Part shown: positions 28,808 to 42,100 of the stretch, piece after piece
Layout of the letters: every line of letters begins with the position of its first letter
Position numbering within the stretch: position 1 is the first letter of the stretch
Assembly: GCA_037379345.1 (NCBI GenBank)
Contig: CM074511.1
Span: 55,558,862 to 55,622,861, forward strand
Length of the DNA: 64,000 nt
Direction of reading: 5' to 3'
Source of the DNA: Perna viridis
Taxonomy: Eukaryota
Notes under the pieces: generated by a model
The model's input: only the letters and a program-made list of their open reading frames with translations
The model's database searches: none
Told to the model about the DNA's origin: nothing
Program-made: the position numbers and the translations under genes

Positions 28808-30002
28808 TTAAGTAGGTTTCAGCGAATGGTATGTTTTATCCGCAATTTGCTGAATATTGTGGTGAACGAGTATCACACGTCCACGCCTGTCAAAAATGAA
28901 ATTTACAATGACAAGAAGTCGTTAATCAACGCTGTTTTACCATGTTCAGCTGAATTAACTTTGACACAAACACGGTTTACCAAGCTTGGGCACGATGTCT
29001 TTACGAAGTTGCGAAAAAAGGAAATATTTATTCATCTACTTCATTTCTTGTATTACACTTGTTAGATTCTCTAGGTGATAGATTTGGCTTCCCATTTCGA
29101 TATTTTTTGTTCTTCTTGTATAAAGTTTATTTATTTATTCTATTATTTTGGACTAAGATCGATCCTTTGTAGTTTGTTCTAATGCTGCTGATGAGAGTTT
29201 ACTCCTTTAAACATGTGCATAGCATACCATAATTTGCGATATTTATATGAGCGGTATTGTTGTTTTTACCAGTAAAAAAGTATCCTACTGTTTCACTATA
29301 TTTCTGTCTAAGGGCTGTAATCGAGTGTTTGAAATGGAATATATTGTTTATGACCGATATGACAGAGGCTACTATCTCATAGATGAGACTAGAAATTTTC
29401 AGTAAAACTTCACGATTCACGATTAAAAGTAGTCTTTTAACGTAAGCCTTAATTATTGTATGCGCTACGTTTGCACTGTCAATCAAGGACATTGGCTGTG
29501 TTCGTAATTATCATATGGTATTTTTATAAGTAAATAATGGCATTTTCAAAGTTTGGTAATGCTTAGTTTGCCAATATCGTTGACTGCATTCGGACTTAGG
29601 TATAAAACTGGATATTGAAGTATACATGGGTGATGTTCAGCCTCGGCTAAATATTTCATAAAGGAATTTCGATAGTATTCCGAGATGTGTGATGTACTGA
29701 TACAGTAATCCAGATGAACTTCTGACTAATTTTTAGGTGTTTACGTGTTTTTAGGTTTCAGTGGATAGTATGTTTAACCAAAACAGAAAATGAACGTAGT
29801 ATTACACTTGTCTTCGTGCAGTTTAATTTTGCATTTAAGCCCACGGAATAGAAGTATATTTTATGCTTGTGTGTAGTGCTTAGTATTATTTGTGACTGTA
29901 TTCATCTGTTGTGTTTTGCAAATCTCCGCTGTTTTTATGCTCATTTGACATCTAACTATCCCTTTTTTTTCTTTTTATGTAAATATTTGCATGCTGATTT
30001 AT

Positions 30003-30888
30003 CTTTTTTAGATCACCTGGCGAAAGGCCATGTGAGCTATTGCTATCACTTGGCGTCGTCGTTAACAATTATACAAAACTCTTCTCCTCTGAAACTACCT
30101 GACTAATTAGAACCAAACTTGGTATGAATGTTCCTTGGGGTATGCTGCATAGAACTGATGTTGGAATTTTTGATTCGTCAAAAAAAAAAAAACATATCCG
30201 CCATTACTAAAAATAGAACATAGGGGTCAGACAGTAGTTTTTCACATATATCTCCTAAACCGTTAGATTTAGCTAAATTCGGACATTGTTAAAAGTGTTC
30301 AGCATGATGAGATCTATCTCTGGTCAATTTTGGTTTTAATCCGTTAAACCATGTTATCGCCCTTTTTCAACGAATTTTGCTACTTTTAATGTTATTTCTT
30401 TCAAAAATCTTCTCCTCTGACACTACTTGACCTATTGAAAACAAACTTGGTATGAATGTTTCTTGGGGTATCCTGCATAGAACTGATGTGGGGATTTTTT
30501 ATTCGTCAAAAAACATGGCCGCCCGTACTAAAAATAGAACAGGGGTCAGACAGTTGTTTTTCACATATATCTCCAAAACCGTTAAGTTTATTCAAATTCT
30601 TTCAATAGTTAAGACGATCCATAGTATTAGGACTACAAAAGTCTTCAGACTCCTTGTAAGAGTTATTGCCTTTGAAATTGTAAAATGACCTTTTTAATAG
30701 TTTTCAGTCAATATCTTGAAAACTATGATAGATTAAAAGAAACTTTCAATTGCTGAAAAGATCATGTGATATGTGCTACCAAAGACTTCTTGAGTCAAAA
30801 TTGTTGGACAACTTCTTGTTTAATTTATTGCCCTTGAAAGGCAAAATTCAACAAGGCGAGCGATTCAGGCTCCTGGGAACCTCTTGTC
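30003..30888 (+). mobile_element. Non-autonomous Helentron/HINE-type element with internal ~330 bp tandem units
   Basis: T-rich 5' end, tagatcacctggcgaaaggccatgtgagc stem-loop, short cgtcgtcgt tract, two internal units (cttctcctctga at ~30081 and ~30409), and a 3' aaggcgagcgattcaggctcctgggaacctcttg end with subterminal IR plus hairpin. Confidence 0.72.
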
Positions 30889-31647
30889 TTGTTCATATAC
30901 GGTATATTAGATGGAAACATACCTTAAAAGATTTAGCTGTTTGAGGTCTCTTAGATTCCGTATTCCCCATCCTTCCAACTAGATTGGCATCATTTATAGT
31001 GATTATTTTTCATGGAAAGTATGTAGGCTCTTTTGAAATGAGGCTACACCATGTAGTTATAATTCATAAATATAGAAATACAGAAAGTACAAATATTGTT
31101 ATAACCTATATTTTTGAATAACCTCTTGCATTCAATACAATAGTAGGGTAAGCATCTTATCTCCATGGTATGACTTTTATAGAGTAGGACTTTAAATGCT
31201 GTCAAATAGCTGTATTTGCTTTAAGTATTTGATACATTTTCTTCAGTATACAGTGTTAAAGGGCTGGGTATAATCAGTAAAAACAATATCTTATTTCATT
31301 GTTGGAAAAAGGGAAAGAGTACAAGAAGATTAAATTTAATGACTTAACTAACCTATAATGTTTTTTATAATATATCAAATACATGTAAGTGATAAACTAT
31401 GAATGGGCAAGACAAAATGAAAGAATATAAAAAAAAAACATTCTGTTTTGTCATCATTGACTATTCAATTTTCTGCAAATGATGTATATATTTCAGTCTA
31501 TAAAGTATAACTCGTTTGATATATGCAGTATCTGGTACAAAATGTCATTTTAGAGGTATCTAAAGTCCATGTATGCTTTAAGAAGGCTAGATAAATATCC
31601 CATCCTTTCATTTGCATGTTGTTTTTTTTTTAACTTTTTTAAAAATA

Positions 31648-32185
31648 AAGAGTAATCAAGGGAACCAAAGTTATAGCGGTAATCAAAAGAATGTAATCCA
31701 GGGACAAAGACCAGACATGGATAACAGACATACACAACAACGAACATAAAGTAACTAAAATCATACATACAAAGTAACTAAAGTAAATGAGCAACTCGGA
31801 CTCCACTAAAAACTGGGAGCATGGACCAGGTGCACCGGTAGGGTAAGCGTCCTCTGTTTTTTCTAGAAACACCCGCCGAGTTGCTCTTAAAAAGTCAAGT
31901 CCGGGTAGACAAAAGAGGAAAGGTAAACTATGACCCGTTGAATAAATCAGTTTTCATGGTGCTGATGGATACACAATAACGATCCATGAGTTCATGATGA
32001 CGACCATAAAACTTCTGTAGTGATGACTTCAATCTTGTAGCAACATAACCCTGTTCCAGAAGCCTATTTGTTAGAGTTCTAGCGCGATATAAAAAGTCTG
32101 CGTAGTTTCGGCAAGCTCTGGCATAACGTATGAGTTGTGATATGAACACTCCATACGCAGGAGCCGAAGGGATGTTGCCACAGAT
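31648..32185 (-). mobile_element. 5'-truncated retroelement remnant, same family
   Basis: GNIPSAPAYGVFISQLIRYARACRNYADFLYRARTLTNRLLEQGYVATRLKSSLQKFYGRHHEL followed by the same 3' end (gacgcttaccctaccggtgcacctggtccatgctccc...). Confidence 0.8.
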
Positions 32186-32940
32186 GAAAGAATAGACTAA
32201 GTAACAGTCACGGCGTGGCTCGAAATGGCAAGTGCCCTTTGGTTATATGTTCCGGTCTTCGTGCACACAAACTAAATACAAAATGAAGTAAATACGAAAT
32301 GAGAAAAATAGCTATATTTACATTTTTATCCGTTCCAGAACTAAATAAAGCTTTAAAATTGAGAAAAGTTCTGCAATATTCAGAAAAGCTACTCCATAAA
32401 ACTGGAGAAGTATAGCGAAAAGAGTTTTTTTTTCTCCAAAAATGAGGTTTTTACCATTAGAATATCCATAACGATACTGCTTCTAAAAGAATAATTTGAA
32501 TGCTTATCGGACCATTTTCTTTATACAAATAGGGTGTTAATAGTTGGAGATTTCGAGTGTGACGAAACTGTTGAGTAGACAGCATTGTTCTCTGTAGTAT
32601 ATCGAAATATAGCAATTTGACATCTCTGTACATAAACCAAAACGTGCCATTTCTGTCCTATATCTTTTCTCTTGATATTAGGCTCTGATGAAAATGCCAA
32701 GCCAAGGGAAATTAAAACAATTTAAACTTATTCACTATAGTTTGAGATTTTAAAAAAGCAACCATCTATACATTGTACAATTTAGTATTTCACAAATACA
32801 AAAAAACTCTATGTCTTCTATTTTCAGAAGTCCCTAAAAACAAACGTTTGTATAATGTTGCATGTTTAAGCCACTTTTTCAATTTACATAACAGAAAATT
32901 ATAAACCAGAGAGTTACAAAGTATCTCAATCTTTGTCTTT

Positions 32941-35900
32941 CTATATTCTAACCACTGTTCGCTCCTTTGGTATAGCTGAAAGCATAGCAGGACGTGGTCT
33001 TGATGATTTAGGTGGCCTTTCTGACTTTCCTATTTTACTGCGATTTTGAATTTGATTAAGAATACCAGTAACCTGAATAAAATAATAGCTCAACAGTTGA
33101 GATAAAATATGAAGATATTAAGTTCCATTGCATGATTATTACGAAACCAAATAGTTGATTGAAATACACGGACCGCTTGGTAGCTTATACAGTTTTGTTT
33201 TCGATTGGTTGTTATTTCACTTTTTGTTCCTTTCGAACTTCAGGTAGTTTCTTTTGACAATTTTGCAATAACGCTTATCAATAAATTTTCAGTTATTTCA
33301 AATCATTACCGAAACTTTTTCTGATGTTTTATTCAGTTAATGGTATGATACATCGTTTTAAATATGTAGGATGGAATTTTTAACATGGGGATGTACACAA
33401 AAATGTATTTTGTAACTAAAACAAATGTTTAAATTCATTTTACCTACATTCATTCTTCAGAGTTGAAAAAAACATTGATATTTCCCTTATTCAAATTTAT
33501 CTGTCTTACTTCAGATATGATCTTATTGTTAGTTAAATGATATCAGCCGATTAAAATTGTTGAGTTTTAATTTTTTTAAAAGTGACATTTTGTTTATATG
33601 CGAGAACTTGATGCCTACCCAGTTATAAAAAGTTGCAGCACCTTTACTAACGTCACGGATCTGTACAAAACTATAAGGTTCTAGAATTTTCTTTATTTTC
33701 GTCATCATTTCCGGTGTGACGGTGTTGATGTCAAATAAGGTAACACGACGCATAATATGTTCTTTTCCTGTTTTAAAAAGGATGGCCTGACATTCTTTCC
33801 AAGTCTAAGAAAAATGAAAAAAAATCAGAATTGGTATTTCAATATCAGTTCAAATTTTGATCTTCATAAAACATTCAATGTGTTTCCAAGGACACTATGC
33901 ACCTAAGACCCTAATACAAGAAAATAGTTGTATGCTATAATAAAAGAGAATAGACAAATAAAAGAAACATTGGACCGTACTACCTTTGTTTTCAGACTTA
34001 GGTACTCCTCCATAATTGGTATTTTTGGAGTGAAGGTTCCAATTTTTTTCTAAAGAAGTTACTTTTAGTCCTAGGATATTTTTGGTTCTGTGCATTATGG
34101 GTTTTTTCTGTGTTTTTTTTCTGTGCTTTGTTACGGTCGAATTTTCTTTTATATGGCAAACCTTTATTTCACTTCCACTCATGTGGCCTACCTTTAAAGA
34201 TTTGGGATTATCTCCAAGGAGTATGCATGTTGCTTTCAGGACATGAAGAACGCTTTCATGTGGTGTCTGATATTTCTTCATTTCAGTCAGAATGTTCTGG
34301 TTCATGATAAGTAATGGTTTTGTCAGTCTTTCTATCTCTCTCACTCTCTGTAAGATCTTTTTTGTCAGACTAATCTGCATGTCTAATTGATGGTCGTAAT
34401 TTACGTCTTCTGCTCTTTCAATGTATTTCTCCATTACCTTTGGATCTCGTAAACGACATGCCTCAGCCATTTCTAGATAAAATTTGTATTGAATTAACAT
34501 AAAAAGCATTATTAGTTTTTCCCTTGACTAACAAAAGGGAAGAATTGTGGAAGTGCTATATATACACAATGGTGTGAAATCAAGATAAGAGGAACGAAAG
34601 CGATGGTACATATGTTCGTAAGGAATTGAACAGATACTGTGATTATTGAAATAAATATACTTTTTTGGTTTGATACTATGCAATTAAAACAATTAATTAT
34701 AATCCAAATTATACTGTGATTATTGGGTGTTGTAATCGACCATGAAACATTGACTATACATCAAAGCCTATAAATGGATCAAGTTTGCGCCTTTTCTCTC
34801 CTAATAATTCGCAAACCAAAAATTTAAAAAGAAATATTTTATCACTGATATCCGTTTTACCCCCCCTCCTTTTTTCATTAAACATGCTACTACAAAATGA
34901 TTCATATATATGGAGTCAAAAACTACTATTTTCAAAGTACTTGTTTTTCGACGATTATTTTATATTGACAGGATAAGTTTGCCCACTGATTTTCCTTTTT
35001 TTATACCTCCTGCTCTGTTATTTCTTCTTATGCAGTAAATTGAGATAGACTTGTATTTCGTAACTGGCACATAAAAAGTCACATAGTAATTTCTTTTAAT
35101 TACTTAATTTTGTATCGCCATTTCCATATATAACTTACTTTCTTTTGCGATAAGCCCTTTCACTACATTCTGGGTATACACATATATTTTGTCATCGGGA
35201 TCCAACCCAACTTCTCGAAACTTCTTCAACTGGGATTTAAGTTGACAGAGATCTTTTGACTTTAGCGCTTTTGCCATCTTCTTTTTGATACTTTTTTCCT
35301 GGACTAGAATATAACATTTTAGCGTACTGTCACACCAGTGTATATTGATATGTTATTTTAATAATTAATGTTTTTGTTTGCTTTATGCTTTGTTTTGCTT
35401 TATATCTTTAAGAGTACATTGCTGTATATATAAAATATAGATCGGAGAATGCGGATCTAATAAGGGCTTTTTTTTTTTTAAACTTTTTACCTTTTTTGTA
35501 TCGCTCTCTTGCTGCCTCCTCAAGTGGATCCATTTGTTCCAAATCCATGGCCTCCTCTGTTATAACCCCAGATGTCGTTTCTTCTGAAATAACTAAAGAC
35601 TTTATATCTTCATTGACAGCTTCGATTTCCTGATATTCATTAGAAATTACTTCGTCGTCGTCTTCGTCCACCTCGGCATTGTCACTATCAGAATCTTCAC
35701 TACAAATTTCTTCAAACTGTCCTTGCTCAAAAACACTGTTTTGCCTGTCAGGTATGGGTTCCTCTATCGGCATAGTATCATTTCTTGGTTTAAGTGTATT
35801 TACTAGCTCCTGAAAGTCGTCTTCAAATATGTCATCTTCTCTCTTCCTATGAATATAAAATCGTCCGGTTGTTGCTATGATATCTTCAAACTTGTCGTAA

Positions 35901-38900
35901 ACAAATACCTCGAGTAAGTACTCGCCGTAGTCGTTTAATGTTACAAGAATCATGTCATCAACTGATTCAGCTTTTAGCCCCTTTCCATCTTCGTAAAATT
36001 TTTCGTCCGTTTTGCGTATCGTTGTAAATATTTTCTCATATAGCATCGGTTTAGGAATAGATAGACGGATTTCGGAGTCCGATGTTATAATTGTTTCTGA
36101 TATTAGATTTTCGACAAAATTGTCATCTTTGAATCTGACTTTTCTGGTTACATTTCCATCTGAATGAATAAAGAAACTGTGAATTTGATACAGTTTTGTG
36201 TCATTGGTATTTTTGAAAGCAAAAACATTCACAGAGTACTCTCCTTCTATTGGCATATTTACATCAAATGACCATATGTCATTCTCTACCCTGCTGATTA
36301 CAGATACCCGAGTATTGCCTTCACGTTTACAACAAGAGAGTTCACAGAGAAGTTTTAACTGTTTGTCAGACTGAAATCGAAGATTCGCTTTGCCTTCCGG
36401 AGCTTTTATAATGTCTCCTCCTTCATTTAGGTATTTTACGCCCAATGATATTGCGTCTAATTTAGCACCAAGTTTGCCATCTGGTATATTAGGAAAAGGT
36501 AAATTACATGGTCTGTCATCGCCTTTAAATTTTATGATAAAGTTCAACAAATCAGAAGGTAAATTTTGCGTAATTGTGCCCGACGTTTCTTCCACATAAA
36601 ACTTGATTGCATATTCTCCTTCGCGTGGAAGTTTAACATTTGCTAAGTATCTGTCGCCCTCTCTTCGTGTCAATACATGTCTGCTTAGATTGCTTGGATC
36701 AATCAATAAGCTTTTAAGCATGTGTGACATTTCAAACTGCTTTTGAACATGGACGACAAACTCAAGAATACCATTCCCAGTTTTGACAAATGGTGTTGTA
36801 GGAGAAATTGCGTAGATGCCTAATTTATCTGCATGTGGATTATTACCGAACCCGATTTCAGGACAATCCGGGAACGGTAAACATTGGTCCTTAGGATCCA
36901 CACAATCAATCATATATGTTGCTAGCAATGAAAAATTTGTTGTCTTTGTGAAATCACATGCATAAACGTCATACTGATATTTACCGTAAAAAGGCAAACG
37001 TATTTTAAATGTAACCTTTTCTAAGGAATGAATAACACTTACGAAACGTTCAAGTAAAATATCTACTGGTTTGTTTGTCTCAATTTGTGTTCTATGTTGG
37101 GTAAGCATGAATCTGAATGTTAAATTTGGACTTCTCTTCTGCTGAAGGTTAAATGTGATATTGACGGTTTCTTTGTCGGAGAACAGTTTACATTGATTTG
37201 AACTCTTTTCCACAGTACTCATTTCATAAATATGAAAATATTCTCGAAGGAAAGGCATCGTGATGAATTTTGACATCGCTATAGGTTCATGTAGAAGTTG
37301 CCACATTTCGTCATCTGGATAATGTGTATATATCAAATACTCTGGATCAGTTAAAAAATAAAATTCGTTGAATTTAACAATATCGTCAATATCTCCTCTG
37401 CGTGTCACAGTCCCATTAGTATCAATGAATAGGGTATTGTTTTCATTACCTCCAGATACACACGTGGATGCCCAAAATGTATCAACTAAACGCCATTGGC
37501 CATTTATATACACAGCATTCCACTGACCGCATGATTCCTCATAGTCAATGTCATTACCAACTTCATAAGCACCTGACTTTGTCACTCCATTTATTATAAC
37601 ACATGGTAGATCAGCCAATCTGCAAAATATTTTGCACAAAAATACAACATAAATGCAAAAGAAATGAGTTATAATGAATTCATATATATTTCAATACTGA
37701 TGTGTAAGAGAACATTCTTCAGTACGAAGATAAATAGAATAAAAACAGTATGTAAACTGAAAAAAAAATACAGACCAAAAATAAATAAACACACCGCATT
37801 TAAGCAACTTTATGAGTAGAAACAACTTCGATTTATCGTAATAACATGCAAATATATTTTGCTGATGATTATTATGTACATGTGAAGCTGAAAGTTCTAT
37901 TACTTAAACACAATAATTAGCATACAACACAATACTAGTAGTTTTATTGTTTATACATGTACTTACAGGCACAGTGAATACAACAGCTGAGCATGTGTTT
38001 CTAGACCACATTGTATCTTTAGCATATGTTCTAGTGGAGAGTTAGTTGGCGGAATCATTTCTGCGTCGATACTGTACACGTCATATGACGTCATCCATCG
38101 AAATATTGCTCGAATTTTCAACAAGTCACCGATCTGTTTGCCATCTGGTGTCAGGACTAAATACTCTACGACATCCCAGATAGTTTTTGTAAGAATCTCT
38201 AACGGAGCCTGGAATAATACAAACCGAAATAAATATATTCAGACGACTATACTCGTGGTCATGGTAACAGCTGAGATTAACCTTTTTGAAAGGGGTACTA
38301 TAGTATATGCTGGTTTTTGAAATCATTTAAATTTATAGGATATGGTGATGCATGTGTTTTCATATTATAACATTATACATTTTATTGTTTGATGAAAAAT
38401 ACATGTTTTATGCACCCACAAAAACTGGACTCCAAGATGCCAAGATTACTGTCCCTAAAGTTATTCGACTGTCTTTTTGCATCCATTACTTAACTTTGGA
38501 CCAGTTTTTTTTTTTAAATATAGATCCAATACTTAATTGCTTTTGGCTAACCAATTCATTTTTTTTCAAATTTGTCAATAAATGCCTACCTGAGACACTA
38601 TATAATCTATATCCGTAAAGTCGACATTCTTTAGAACATTCTTCTTTGAAGTCCTCGGAGGCAATGGTCGGGGTTGATCAAGAGTACTGACTGTTCCACG
38701 TCTTACAGAAGAAGCATTTGAGCGATTGGTTTCTAGTGCCGATGATACCACACTGATTCGGTCGGTCACCGCTATTGTTTCTCTACGTTTCGCTGTATCT
38801 CTTGGTGATTCTCCGTTCACATTCTTTAAAATTTGTCGCTGAAATCATGGTTAACGAAAATCAAATCATTTGTAATTTTCATTTTAACAAGCTACAATAA

Positions 38901-39177
38901 ACTTCTTAAATGCAAAAGGTGTGTAGTAAATGTCATTATTGTAATATTTAAGTATCTTTATAGAAAAAAAAATGATAAATAAAGCATTCAAATTCTACAA
39001 ATGTATTCAAAATATTTGTAGCAGTTTTAAAATGTACAGGGCTTTAAGTAGCAAAAAAGTGCTTCATATATTAAAATAATAACTATTTATGTTACTAACC
39101 CCTTTTTTGAAGTTTGCATCGAATCCATTTTTCCTGTAGTACTCCTTTACTATTGCTCCTGATGTACCGTTGCCCAT
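32941..39177 (-). CDS. Paralog D: putative N-myristoylated KY/hillarin-like TGc pseudo-enzyme + Ig-like repeats + dynein-MTBD-like domain (~1153 aa)
   Basis: Exons 39177-39100 (MGNGTS...), 38838-38590, 38208-37967, 37619-35491, 35303-35139, 34472-34192, 33804-33619, 33072-32941; sum 3462 nt, all GT-AG, open frame ending in TAG. Confidence 0.9.
33060..34305 (-). other. Dynein MTBD-like domain coding region of paralog D
   Basis: NQNILTEMKKYQTPHESVLHVLKATCILLG...WKECQAIL...VTLFDINTV...YSFVQIRDVSKGAATFYNWVTG. Confidence 0.75.
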
Positions 39178-42100
39178 ACCACTTTAAACATCAACTATCT
39201 TCACAGAATCCTTTGAAACATGAGCCATTTTTTTAGTTGACCCATTTTATGTGCAAATGTGGATTAAGATTACAAAGGTACAATTATTTAAAGATTATTG
39301 TAATAGCTTTGTTGTAACTTAGTTATTAGAATTAACCTCAATTCTTGGTCTTAGTTTTAACGGCTTTAGACATTTAATGACTTTCGAGACGAAGCAATAT
39401 CGCTTTTCACGTGCTTTTAACATAATAAAGTAAGAACATAATCGTCTTTCTATTCAAGAGAAAATTATTAAATGGAGTAAGGTTCAAATGAAGTGAACAC
39501 TAAGACAAAATACTAACCAGAAAATTGAAATTAGTGTATCAACTTATACTCTTCTTCAATTTAGATTAAGATAAAGGCATTGTATTTCTTTAAATTCACA
39601 TCTTTTTGCCTCCAACGGGACAGATAGCTTCAAAAAAGCATGTTTGTATATACATTTGTAACTGTATATCTAAAACACACCTTCAGACAGATGTTTGCTC
39701 GGTTACTATTGTAACTTACTAAGATAATATGCATAAAGTATGGTGATGTAAATGGGTTTCTCTGAAGCATAGATAGTTTAACTGAAAAATACATTCAATT
39801 AATTATAGTGGTGCACTAGACCTGTTTTATGACTTCTTGCCGGTATTCAAAATAGACAATACCAAATCCGTTTTTTTTTTTATTGTTTTTTTTTTATGTT
39901 TTTGTGTTTTTTTTGTTTTTGTGTTTTTTTTGTTATTTTAACCAAATGGAATATTTTTCTAAGTTAAAAATACAATTTGTTTTTTAATCGGTGTAGTTAT
40001 CAAGCTTCAAAACTTTTGTTTAAAACTAAAGAAATTGAAAGGAGCATTTTCCTACCTTTTAAAATCTTATTCTGAAAAAGTTGCTTAACAAAATTGTCAG
40101 TGAAGACTAGTACTGTCTAATTAAAATATCCAAAAGTTTGAAATTGTTCTTGCAAAAATAAAGGCGTCTTGGTTTTGAAGCCATATTTCTGTATCCCGTT
40201 TTAGAGAGCATTCCAGATGATAAAATAAAGTAGTTACAAAGGAATTGATTAATTAGCGACCTTTACATAATGACGGATTCATGTCTTTAAATGTTTGGTT
40301 TAGTTTACAAACTACTTCATTTTAAAGTTTGGTTTTAAAACATTAAAGAATATCTTCCCCATTGACTATGGATGATTAAGAGTTATCGTGAGATATGTAT
40401 TTTGTGATATACAATTTGTCCCTGTTGTTGTCAGAATATATATCTCCTGCAAAGCTTACATATTTTATGAATCGTCAATCAGTTTCTTCAAATATGTTTT
40501 GCTTTGTCAAGTCAAAACTCAGAATACAGGCACTATGTATCCAACTTATACCGGAAGTGGATGTACCGAAACAAGAATTACAATCATACAACAGACATTA
40601 TGAATAATATTTAAACTGTGGTATAGATCGTGATAAATCAGCGATAGTTATTTCATGTTTATCATGATTTTGTTTAATAACAACGCAATTAAAATTAAGA
40701 CATTTTCAAAGTAAGTTTTGTTCGACCCGGAAGGGCTTCAATGTTTCTAAAGTAATTTTATTTTGAGTTATATTGTTTAGTTTTGTTTTGTTTTGTTTTT
40801 TGTTTTTGTTTTTGTTTGTTGTTGCTCCTTTAATTTTCTTTGAATTGTTATACAAAGGTGTAAGAGTCGCATTTTAATATCAATTTATCATATTTAGTCT
40901 CGTCGTCTCTGTTTAAATCCTTTTCAGTAAACATTAAATTGTGGTGTAAATTTGTTTATACATTGTTAAGCAAACCACCACTTCAGTGAAGAAATGTCCT
41001 GTAGTATGTATTTGTTGGTTCTATATGATCAACCAATCTTGTTTAATGACATGGAAATCATGTACTGTCTGTTTAAAATCAAAACGAGGTTTCCATCCAT
41101 TGAGAACAATCAAAACTGTGTTATTGGCAGATAATTAATTGAAATGTACAAATTAAGTAACTGTTAAACAACACTTCTCAAATGGTTTAATTTGATCAAA
41201 CTAATGAAGACGTGTAGACTCAATGTTAAAAATCTGTTACTCATGAATGAATGTGTTTTTGCGAACTTGTGAAAATGCTCATATATTGACTTTATACTAG
41301 CAGTACTACGAGCAAGCTCACAAAAAGAATTCATTCGCCATATTTCTAGTCCTTCACTTTTTTGTCTGTGACGTCTTGTTTCCCATATCCTCTCTTTTTT
41401 ATACGATTCACTACATTGTGTATGTCTCTGTTTTATATGTTCACGTTCAGGTTTTTGGATGTCATCCATCTGCTGACGCTTCGGTATTTTTCCCCCGAAA
41501 TTCAGTCGAAATCATGACTTATTTAACCTTTTTCTTTGAAATACCTCACCTTACATTCATCTGAAAACAGTCATCATGTTGTGTGCACATCTGCATGTGA
41601 TATTCAACTTTCCTGCATGATTTTATTAAAAGCCGTAAAATTAACACAACTCTGACATCGGATTAGCTCTGATAGAAATTATATCCCTTCATGAATATCT
41701 ACATAAAATATCTAACCTTCCTAAAACAAATCACAATATTCAAGTCAGTGGTAACGGAGGAATGCGCTTACAAGTTATGTGGATAGATGAACGGAGGGAC
41801 ACACGTCTGGACAGAACTGTTTCTATATAACCCCTATCTTGGTTTTGTGAAAAACAATTTGCGGAATTTTTTTAATACTATTAACGAACATACATGTGTC
41901 AATATAACTTCAATTGTCTTCTAGTTTGCTCTGGTTTTGACAGGCGTCAAAATATACCACTAAAATAATTGTTTAAAAGTCTTTGCAAAGCAAATACTCT
42001 TTATCTCTTTTACTTGTACTAGTATTGTATCAATATTTCTTTTGATCAGTTTTCGAAAGTTATGTTCTGTCCAAGCAATTTGTTTCATCGATCAATACAA

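Noticed and set aside
29180-29215. Hammerhead ribozyme core (ctgatgag)
   Set aside because: No matching GAAA core or convincing stems found nearby.
39702-39715. RFX X-box-like motif GTTACTATTGTAAC upstream of paralog D (similar one at ~56521)
   Set aside because: It mismatches the consensus and is expected by chance in AT-rich DNA; not supportable without conservation data.
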